Made by a program: the position numbers and the translations under genes. A stretch of 60,130 nucleotides of DNA, counting the filler, from Sandaracinaceae bacterium (GTDB lineage Bacteria; Myxococcota_A; Polyangia; Polyangiales; JADJQN01), in assembly GCA_947483975.1 (NCBI GenBank). It is 5 parts of 5 records of this genome, joined end to end, with 100 filler letters (N's around TTAATTAATTAA, not from the genome) between each part and the next. Parts side by side here need not be neighbours in the genome. Positions count along the whole stretch, not along the records: positions 48,399 to 60,130 come from CANKOL010000139.1; 4 more parts are not named here. One strand, given 5' to 3'. The notes under the pieces are model-generated. The model was not told where the DNA came from. It ran no database searches and saw only the letters and a list, made by a program, of their open reading frames with translations. Position 1 is the stretch's first letter. Each line of letters begins with the position of its first letter. Positions 52,908 to 60,130 of the stretch are shown here, piece by piece.

Positions 52908-53943
52908 CGACTCCCAGGGACAGCACGGAGTGCCCCACGTACGCGTACGTCCCACGCACCTCGGCGAAGAGCGCTCCTCGCGCGAGGCGGACATAGTGAG
53001 TGATCGCCACACCCTCGGCCCGACCGTCGCCGGAACCGAGCTTGAAGCCGAGCTTGCCATCGTGCTTGAACTCGAGATCGATCACGCCGCCGCCGACGCG
53101 TAATCCAAGCTCGGTCATGCCGAGTTGGCCAGCGACGAACACCGTCGCTACTGGCCCCAGGAAGAGGGCATATGCCGCGCGCGCCCCGACGCGCACGGGG
53201 CCGCGTCGCGACTCGAGCGAGGCCTCCAATACAGCGGTCGTCGCGCCGGCGGCGAAGCGCCAGCCCGCCTGCAGACCGTCGATGGAGCGCAGGAGTTCAC
53301 GACTGTCGTACTCACCATGGGAGTCCTCGGCCGACCCGCGCGCGCGCTTCACGCCAACCACGAGTTCTGCGCCGAGGCGGACGTCGACCGCCGGGAGCGT
53401 CCTGAGGTACGTCAGCGCGAGGCTGGGATTCCCGCGGACGAAGCGGTCGTCTGGCGCCGAGGCGGCGGCGCCCCCGAAGTAGCCCGCAAAGCCGAGCGCC
53501 CACCGAAACGCGACCTCGAACTGCGGGGTCACGAGCGCGCGCGCTTCGAGGCTGAGGCAGCCCGCGCGCATATGACTCTCGTCGATGGCGTGCAGGCCCT
53601 GCGCGTAGGTGACGTCGGCCAAGACGCGAAACCGCGGCGGGCCCGGTGGGTCCTCAGGCACCGGCGGAGGCAAGGCCCACGTTCCGACCTCCGGCTCAGC
53701 GACCGTCTCTGCCGGGGCTGCGGACTCTGCCGGGGCTGTGGACTCTGCCGGGGCGGCCGTCTCTGCCGGAGTCCCTGTGTCGGTCTCAGGTTCGCTATCG
53801 ACTGCCGTGACGGACGCCGCCTCCGTCGCAGGGCCGGGTGCCGACTGTGCCTGCGCTGGCCACGGCAGCGCGAGCGTGAGCGCTGCGGCGAGGCTCAGCC
53901 AATGGGCCAAGGTCGGAGTCCGCGAAGGGCGCGGAGGCGCCAT
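52888..53943 (-). CDS. Hypothetical exported protein, possible outer-membrane beta-barrel
   Basis: Signal peptide ending AQAQ, (APAES)-type linker repeats, amphipathic strands, terminal Phe (VGAGASF). Confidence 0.55.
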   Translation of the reverse strand: MAPPRPSRTPTLAHWLSLAAALTLALPWPAQAQSAPGPATEAASVTAVDSEPETDTGTPAETAAPAESTAPAESAAPAETVAEPEVGTWALPPPVPEDPPGPPRFRVLADVTYAQGLHAIDESHMRAGCLSLEARALVTPQFEVAFRWALGFAGYFGGAAASAPDDRFVRGNPSLALTYLRTLPAVDVRLGAELVVGVKRARGSAEDSHGEYDSRELLRSIDGLQAGWRFAAGATTAVLEASLESRRGPVRVGARAAYALFLGPVATVFVAGQLGMTELGLRVGGGVIDLEFKHDGKLGFKLGSGDGRAEGVAITHYVRLARGALFAEVRGTYAYVGHSVLSLGVGAGASF

Positions 53944-54161
53944 CGGAACGCACGTCGCGGACGTCACGCGGACGTCGTCGCTCCCCTCGGCTCTCATGGT
54001 CACTCGAACACCCGGCCGGACCATGGCGTAGAACGCGCGCAGTGAACAGCGAAGACGACCGGATTCGCTGGACTGTCATCGCCGGATCAGCCGGCGCCCA
54101 TGGGCGCGCGCCGACGACGAACGCGCCGCGTGCGAGGCGCCCCTGAGGTCGCGCGCGGCGG

Positions 54162-55037
54162 CTACGGCACGACCTCGTCGACGAAGTCGAGCATCGCCGC
54201 GCGCGCCGCGGGGTCCGCGACGTTGTGCGTGCCGCCGCGCACGCGGAGGAAGCGCGCGTTGGGTAGCCGCGCTTGGAGCGCCTCGCCGTTCGCGAAGGGC
54301 ACGACCTCGTCACGGTCTCCGTGCACGTGGAGCAGGCGCGCGCGGATTGCTGGCGCGCGGGCAGCGCTGTCGAGGGCGTAGCCGTCGTAGACCAGGCGCG
54401 TGAGCGCCACGCCGAGCACCGCTCGTGACATCGCGTGGAGCGACGTGAACGTCGACTCGACGATGCCGCCCGCCGCCTCGCGCGCGCTCCCGGAGAGCGC
54501 GACGATGGCCGCCGCGCCGCCGAGCGACTGACCGTGCACGACCAGCCTGCGCGGCGAGACCCGCCGCACCTCGAGCAGGTAGCGGATGGCGGCGTCGGCG
54601 TCGTGCTCGACCCCGTGCGCGCTCGGGTCCCCGTCGCTCTCCCCGTAGCCGCGGTACTCCGCGAGCAGGACGTCCGCGCCGCGCGTGGCGAGCGCGTCCG
54701 CCCAGCCCCAGTAGTCCGACGCCGTCGCGGCGTTGCCGTGGAAGTAGACGACCGTGCGTCGTCGTGGCCCGTGGGCGCGCACCAGCCACCCGACGAGGGC
54801 GACGCCGTCGGTCGTGCGGTAGCGGACGCGCGTGCCCCCGACGCGCTCGATGGAGCGGTTCTCCGTGGTCCGCGGATGGAAGAGGAGTGAATGGAGCACG
54901 AACGTGAGCGCGAATTCGACGAGGAGCGCGAGCCCGACGCCGCGAAGCGCCAACACCGCCCGCCTCGACCGCTTGCTCCGCGTGCCCGGCGTCGCGCCGC
55001 CCGCGACGGGCGCCGACTCTGCCGGGCCGCCGCTCAC
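54162..55037 (-). CDS. ABHD/Bem46-like alpha/beta-hydrolase
   Basis: YFHGNA, EYRGYGES, GQSLGG, ESTFTS, HGDRDEVVP, GTHN. Confidence 0.88.
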   Translation of the reverse strand: MSGGPAESAPVAGGATPGTRSKRSRRAVLALRGVGLALLVEFALTFVLHSLLFHPRTTENRSIERVGGTRVRYRTTDGVALVGWLVRAHGPRRRTVVYFHGNAATASDYWGWADALATRGADVLLAEYRGYGESDGDPSAHGVEHDADAAIRYLLEVRRVSPRRLVVHGQSLGGAAAIVALSGSAREAAGGIVESTFTSLHAMSRAVLGVALTRLVYDGYALDSAARAPAIRARLLHVHGDRDEVVPFANGEALQARLPNARFLRVRGGTHNVADPAARAAMLDFVDEVVP

Positions 55038-55287
55038 CGAGCGCCCTCTGCGCAGCCGTACGACACGGGGCTTCGCCGAGGGCCGTCGAGTCCGCGGCGA
55101 GAAGTGCTCCTCTCCATCAAGACGAGAGTGTACGCGACCCGAGTCGTGGGGCCGTGCCCGACGTCGGCGGCACACCCCCACTGACGACGATTGGACTCTG
55201 CTGTCGTGTGGATGGCCGTCGTCGGGTGCGTGTGCGTGAGGCGATGCTGGCTACGGCTCGCGCGAACCTGTGTAGAGTCACCGCCTG

Positions 55288-57354
55288 ATGTCCAGCGCGC
55301 ACGCGGCGGTTCTTGAACGAACGGCCCGGCGTCGAGCCGCGCGTCTCGGCTCGCTGCTTCGGGCGCCGTGGGTCCTCGCCGTCGTCCTCTGTGCGCTCGG
55401 CGTGACCTCTGCAGCGCAGGCTCAGGAGCCCTCCATCGGGCCCGGACAGGAGCGCAACGTGCTGGCGCTCTTCGCGCCTCACACGCTCGGCGCCGAGGTC
55501 GCGCGCGGCTTCGCGCTTTGGGGCGTCTCGATCGAGCGGACGCGGGTCGTCGTCACGCTACGCGCGAGCGGCGGGCGCGACGTCACCGTGACGCTCCTGC
55601 ACCCGGACTTCGGGCAGGGCGCCGTAGCCCGCACCAGGAGCTTCGCGGTCCTGCGCAGCGGCGCCGCGGGGCTGGACGCCGACGCCGCATTTCGCGCGCT
55701 GCTCATCGCCCTCACGCGGAACGACCGCGGCCACTTTTGGGGGGCCGCCGCCGAGGCGGTGAGCCATCGCGAGGGAGTCCCGCTCGACGGAATCCTCGCC
55801 ATCGTCCTGATCTTCGCGCTCGGGCTGCTCCTGGCTGGTCGCCTGTTGATCGGCGCCCCGCGCTGGCTCGGCCCCGCGCTCGCTGCGACCGTCCTCTCCG
55901 GTGCGCTCGTGCGACTCGCGCTCTCGCCCCAGGCGTTCCTCGGCGCCTGGCCCTGGAGCCGCCTCTACGTGCACGAGCGCGCCGTCGCCTTCGGCCCGTG
56001 GCTGGCCGCGTACACGCAACACGCGGGGCACGCGATATTCCTCAGCGACGTGATGCTCTGGACGAGCTTCGCGTACGCCGTCGCCATGCCGCTCGTGCTC
56101 TTCTCTCACGCGACCTATCTGCTGCGCGACCCGCGCGCGGGGCTCGCCGCGTCGTTCGCGCTCGCGTTCCTCCCGCAGCACATCCGGTACTCGATCTGCG
56201 AGGACGGCTTCGTCGCTTCGCTCGTGCTCACCTCGCTCGCGTTCGCGCTGCTCCACGGCGCGCTGCGTGACCCGTCGCGCCTCGTCCGCTGGCTGCTGCT
56301 GCTCGCGCTGCCGTGGGTGCTCTACCCGGGCTACCTGCTGCGGCCGCTCAACATCCTCTTCATCGTGGTCTACACCGCGGCGATCCTCGTCCTGCACCGC
56401 GACACCGCGCCCCGCTGGCGGCGCGCGCTCGTGCTCGGCGTCGTCCTCGTCGTCGGCGCCGCCGCGAGCGTCGAGTTTTTCCATCGACACGAGGACACCG
56501 TCGAGGCGATCTCCGCTGGGCGCTGGCTCGCCAACGTGCTGCGGGTGCTCACCTCCCCGCGCCTGCTCCTCCTCGACGACCCGACGCGCACGCCGCTCCC
56601 GCTGATCGTCCTCGCGCCGCTCGGCGCCGTGCTCGCGTGGCGCGCGGGCGAGCGCGTCCTCGTCGCTTTCCTCGGCGGGTGGCTGCTGCTCTTCGTCGTC
56701 GCGCACGCGGTCGTCGTGCAGGAGTCGATGCAGCCCCGTTATCACCTGCACCTCGTCGTGCCGTTCTTGCTGCTCGCCGCGGGCGCCGTCACGCGCCTCG
56801 CGCCGAAGCACCGACGTTGGCTCTGGCTCGCCGCCGCGTTGACGGTCGTGTCCCCATGGCTGCTGCGCGACTTCGTGCAGGACGCCGATTACACGGAGGT
56901 TCGTGAGTACGCCTTCGTGCGCGCGACTCGTGGGTCGGTGCCCTTCGGCTGCACCGTGCTCGAGTACGCAGGCACCGCGCCCACCGGCGGCGACCTACGC
57001 TTCGCGCGGATCGGTACGCTCGCCACGCCCGATGGCCGCAGCAAGTTCCGCGTCGTCGGCGTCTTCGCGGGCGGTCACACGGGTCACGGCGACCCGTCGC
57101 TCGACGACCTCCTGCGCGACCCCCCGCGCTGCCTCGCGCTCTACGAAGGGCTCGCTTGCTCGACCTCGCTGCCGTCCGGTCAGACCTATGCGCCAGAGTG
57201 CCTCGCGCTCCGCGAGCGCCTGCACGCCGTCCCGCTGCGGCGAGAGTCCGTCCGCGCTCGCCTCTACGACTCCCGCAGCGCGGGAGCGCGCCCTCTCGCC
57301 GTGTCGCGCGTGCCACTCCGCTTCTCGCTCTCGCGTCTCACGTCTCGTAGGTAG
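55288..57354 (+). CDS. Polytopic membrane protein, possible GT-C (PMT-like) glycosyltransferase
   Basis: Many TM helices, FLPQHIRYS..EDG, QPRYHL, soluble N- and C-terminal domains. Function is inferred. Confidence 0.55.
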   Translation: MSSAHAAVLERTARRRAARLGSLLRAPWVLAVVLCALGVTSAAQAQEPSIGPGQERNVLALFAPHTLGAEVARGFALWGVSIERTRVVVTLRASGGRDVTVTLLHPDFGQGAVARTRSFAVLRSGAAGLDADAAFRALLIALTRNDRGHFWGAAAEAVSHREGVPLDGILAIVLIFALGLLLAGRLLIGAPRWLGPALAATVLSGALVRLALSPQAFLGAWPWSRLYVHERAVAFGPWLAAYTQHAGHAIFLSDVMLWTSFAYAVAMPLVLFSHATYLLRDPRAGLAASFALAFLPQHIRYSICEDGFVASLVLTSLAFALLHGALRDPSRLVRWLLLLALPWVLYPGYLLRPLNILFIVVYTAAILVLHRDTAPRWRRALVLGVVLVVGAAASVEFFHRHEDTVEAISAGRWLANVLRVLTSPRLLLLDDPTRTPLPLIVLAPLGAVLAWRAGERVLVAFLGGWLLLFVVAHAVVVQESMQPRYHLHLVVPFLLLAAGAVTRLAPKHRRWLWLAAALTVVSPWLLRDFVQDADYTEVREYAFVRATRGSVPFGCTVLEYAGTAPTGGDLRFARIGTLATPDGRSKFRVVGVFAGGHTGHGDPSLDDLLRDPPRCLALYEGLACSTSLPSGQTYAPECLALRERLHAVPLRRESVRARLYDSRSAGARPLAVSRVPLRFSLSRLTSRR

Positions 57355-57586
57355 TGCGACCCGACCGAGGTTTGTGCGACCCGACCGAGGTTGGGGCGGC
57401 GACCTGTGCGACCCGACCGAGGTTGGGGCGGCGACCTGTGCGACCCGACCGAGGTTGGGGCGGCGACCCGAGGCGACCCGACCAATGGGCGCCCCGACCA
57501 AGGTTGCGCGACCTGACCGAGGTTGCGGTTCTCTGCGGTTCTCTGCCCCGACCGAGGTTGCGGTTCCGGCGGTTCCGGCGGTTCCG
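57354..57586 (+). repeat. Left REP-like tandem array (core GCGACCCGACCGAGGTTG, about 8 copies)
   Basis: Units at 57354, 57374, 57406 and 57438 (last three form a 32-bp period), degenerate copies at about 57473, 57489, 57508 and 57547, then 9-bp GCGGTTCCG repeats. Confidence 0.9.
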
Positions 57587-57734
57587 AGCCGTGTCCGCAA
57601 GGTGGCCGTGGACCCACGTGCCCGCTTCCGGCGGCGGCCTGGCGGCGCCCGCCGCCAGATCCGCCAATCCGCTCCCGTAACCTCGCGGAATCACGGCCCC
57701 CGCTTCCGGCACAGCACGTGCGAAGCGTCCGCGT

Positions 57735-58637
57735 ATGTCCCGACCTCGCCAGATCCTCCCCGGCTCCACGTACTTGATCACGCGGCGCACCCTGCGTCGG
57801 CACTTCCTGCTGCGCCCCGACTCGGAGATGCGCGCGATTATCATCTACCTGCTGGCCGTCTGCGCGGAGCGAAATGGCATTCGCGTGCACGCGTTCTGCG
57901 CGATGTCCACGCATCTGCACGTCGTGCTGACCGACACGCGCGGCGAACTACCGCGGTTCTTGGAGCAGTTTCACCGACTCGTCGGGCTCTGCACGAAGGT
58001 CCTGCGCAAATGGGAGGGCTGCACGTGGGACCACCAGCAGACGTCGGTCGTCCGCCTGGAGACGCCCGAGGTCATCCTCGACAAGATTGGCTACGTGCTC
58101 GCGAATCCCGTCGCCTCGGGCCTCGTGCGGTACGCGCGCGACTGGCCTGGCGCGAAGAGCCGCGTCAACGAGCTCGGCGGCGGGCACATACGCGCGAAGC
58201 GGCCCACCGTGTACCTCGACGCGACCAGCGACCAGTGGCCAGACGAGGCGGACCTTGAGCTGGCGCTGCCGTCGTACCTCGACGCTCGAGACGCGACGGC
58301 GTGGGTGGACGGCGTGAAGCAGTCGGTCGCGGAGCACGAGGCGCGGGGTCGCGAGGTCGTGGCCGAGAACGGCTGGAAATTCCTCGGGGCGGAGCGAGCG
58401 GAGTCCGTCTCGCCGTACGACCGAACGACGAGCTTCGAGCCGCTCCGCGAGTGCAATCCGACGTTCGCGAGCGGAGCCGCGGCGGGGGGCTATGCGGCGG
58501 CCGTTGCGGCGCTGCGCGAATTCCGTGCGGCCTATGTCGCGGCGATGGAGAGGTGGCGAGCCGGAGTGCGTGACGCCGTGTTTCCCGCGGGCACATGGTG
58601 GATGGCGAGAGTGCACTCGGCAGTGGTGGCGACATAG
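57735..58637 (+). CDS. REP-associated tyrosine transposase (RAYT / Y1 HUH) with C-terminal extension
   Basis: MSRPR..PGSTYLITRR, AFCAMSTHLHVVL (HUH), YVLANPVASGLV..ARDWP (catalytic Tyr region). Confidence 0.88.
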   Translation: MSRPRQILPGSTYLITRRTLRRHFLLRPDSEMRAIIIYLLAVCAERNGIRVHAFCAMSTHLHVVLTDTRGELPRFLEQFHRLVGLCTKVLRKWEGCTWDHQQTSVVRLETPEVILDKIGYVLANPVASGLVRYARDWPGAKSRVNELGGGHIRAKRPTVYLDATSDQWPDEADLELALPSYLDARDATAWVDGVKQSVAEHEARGREVVAENGWKFLGAERAESVSPYDRTTSFEPLRECNPTFASGAAAGGYAAAVAALREFRAAYVAAMERWRAGVRDAVFPAGTWWMARVHSAVVAT

Positions 58638-58883
58638 GACCGCGGAGTGGGAGGTCGGTCTCGAGCGACGAGCAGACGGCGCCGTCGGGATAGCGAGCCT
58701 CGTCCACGGGAGTTCGCCTTCCGTGCATGGTCGTGCGCGACGCGTGACCTCTGTGGGTCGCGGGCGAAGTCGTGAGCGCCCCGGAGGAGGCGATGCCGGG
58801 CAGCGGCGTCCGAGCGAGCGAAAACCGGCTATCGCGAGGCGGCGAGGTCGGTGAAATCGGCCCATCCGGCTGTCGGTGGAAAC

Positions 58884-59043
58884 CTCAACCACGGTCGGGT
58901 TGCTGATGCTCAACCACGGTCGCGTTGCGCCGCAGCAGTGTTCAACCACGGTCGGGTTGCGCCGCAGTGCTCAACCACGGTCGGGTTGCTGCAGTGCTCA
59001 ACCACGGTCGGGTTGCTGCAGTGCTCGACCACGGTCGGGTTGC
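58884..59043 (-). repeat. Right REP-like tandem array (plus strand CTCAACCACGGTCGGGTTGC, 6 copies)
   Basis: Copies at 58884, 58909, 58941, 58970, 58997 and 59024. The reverse-complement core GCAACCCGACCGTGGTTG matches the left core at 16/18. Confidence 0.9.
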
Positions 59044-59198
59044 TGGTTGCTGCTTCGGATTGCTGGACTGCCGCTCGGTCGCAGAGACCCGCCGCTCCCC
59101 CGCACGACGACGTCGGGCGTCTGCCCGTGGCAGCGGTCGATGTCGTGCCGCGCCGACGCCCGCCCGGCGGTCCGAGTATCCTCGCGGCGACCGGGCAC

Positions 59199-59225
59199 GA
59201 ACCGAAATCGTCGGTCGTGCGTCTA
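59199..59225 (+). promoter_or_regulatory. Candidate ECF sigma promoter
   Basis: GAAC-N17-CGTCTA, the usual AAC/CGT spacing, about 95 bp upstream of the ECF gene. Confidence 0.4.
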
Positions 59226-59318
59226 GGCACGCTCACGCGCGGCACGGGCGTCGCGCGGAAACTTTCGGTCGCGCGCTCTTTCTCGGTCACGGAACGGCCG
59301 GCTACGGCCACCTGGGGG

Positions 59319-59897
59319 ATGATGATGGCTCTCGAAGCGACACCCGGATCAGTCGAGACGGTCGATCCCATCGGCGCGCTCGTTCGCGCTGGGGCCTACC
59401 GCGATGCCGTGGCGCTCTGCGCGCGCGAGCATGGCGCAGCGCTTGGACGGCTCTGCATGGCGATGCTCGGGTCGCAGGCGGAGGCCGACGAGACGGTGCA
59501 GGAGGCGCTGATCGCGGCTCATGACGGCATGGCGCAGTGGCGAGGCGAGGCGAGCATCCGCGCCTGGCTCTTCGGCATCGCGCGGCGAATGTGCGCGCGG
59601 CGCCTCGAGACGCGGGGGCGCCAAGAGCGGCGCCTGCGCCTCGTGCACGATGCGGACGCCGACGCGCGACTGCCCGACGAGGTCGTCGAGGCCCGGCGGC
59701 GCGCAGGGAAGGTCCGCGCCGCCCTCGAGCAGTTGAAGCCGAGCGAGCGCGATGTGGTGCTGCTCCGCTACGAGGGTGGGCTGAGTTTCCGCGAGATCGC
59801 GGTGGTCTGTGGGATCGACGAGGCCGCGGCGCGCAAGCGCGCGAGCCGGGCGCTCGAGGGCCTGCGGTCGCTCCTTTCCGATGAGGCGTCACGATGA
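59319..59897 (+). CDS. ECF RNA polymerase sigma factor
   Basis: EADETVQEAL, RAWLFGIARR (region 2), LKPSERDVVLLRY..GLSFREIA (region 4). Confidence 0.92.
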   Translation: MMMALEATPGSVETVDPIGALVRAGAYRDAVALCAREHGAALGRLCMAMLGSQAEADETVQEALIAAHDGMAQWRGEASIRAWLFGIARRMCARRLETRGRQERRLRLVHDADADARLPDEVVEARRRAGKVRAALEQLKPSERDVVLLRYEGGLSFREIAVVCGIDEAAARKRASRALEGLRSLLSDEASR

Positions 59898-60130
59898 CTA
59901 CGACGACGGCAATGTGTGAGGCGGTCCGCGATGACCTCGCGGCGATCGTGGATGGAGACCCGGTGGCGCTCGCGCGGCACGCGGAGCATCTGGCCGAGTG
60001 CGACGCGTGTCGGGACGCGCGGCACGAGGCCCGGCGCGCGGCCGACCTGATGGCCGACGCGGGCGATGACTACGTCGAGTCGACCGACGTTGAGGCGCGC
60101 GTGCTCGGGGCGCTCGCGGCGCGCGGGCCG
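59894..60130 (+). CDS. Zinc-binding anti-sigma (ZAS/zf-HC2) domain protein, truncated by window end
   Basis: Manual translation MTTTTAMCEAVRDDL..HLAECDACR (HxxxCxxC). ATGA overlap with the sigma stop. Confidence 0.75.
   Translation, partial: MTTTTAMCEAVRDDLAAIVDGDPVALARHAEHLAECDACRDARHEARRAADLMADAGDDYVESTDVEARVLGALAARGP

Noticed and set aside
53700..53770. 18-bp repeats
   Set aside because: Ordinary low-complexity coding linker (APAES/T).
57735..58637. IS200/IS605 element with TnpB
   Set aside because: No adjacent TnpB/RuvC ORF, and the NPV..GLV..DW motif is RAYT-like.
57354..59043. Repeat arrays as CRISPR
   Set aside because: Inter-core sequences are very short and repeated rather than unique 25-45 bp spacers, and no cas genes are present.
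58851..59318. N-terminal extension of the ECF sigma ORF with (QCSTTVGLL)n
   Set aside because: It is read-through of the 27-bp DNA repeat; the sigma domain starts near 59319.

Overview
Very GC-rich bacterial DNA whose gene content looks myxobacterial (Polyangiales/Sandaracinaceae-like; this is inference from a eukaryote-type Ser/Thr kinase, Cys-rich lipoproteins, a sigma54 system and a MoxR/VWA operon). The window is not contiguous. Four identical 100-bp N spacers containing TTAATTAATTAA join five pieces of 12259, 12179, 11785, 11775 and 11732 bp, which look like length-sorted contigs. Piece 1: a complete ISAs1 element, a MoxR-DUF58-VWA operon and an MltD-like gene. Piece 2: an esterase/extensin fusion, hybrid kinase, M3 peptidase-patatin pair and a GH15-like gene. 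Piece 3: a CLC-F fluoride antiporter with an atypical riboswitch-like leader, a Ser/Thr kinase and a lipoprotein under a cobalamin riboswitch. Piece 4: a sigma54 two-component system, an MCP-HDAC-GNAT block and an ABC-2 exporter. Piece 5: hydrolases, orphan genes, an ECF sigma/anti-sigma pair and the best novelty candidate, a RAYT-type HUH tyrosine transposase gene bracketed by two tandem arrays of the same ~18-bp hairpin motif in inverted orientation. All family calls come from motif recognition by eye; no database searches were run.
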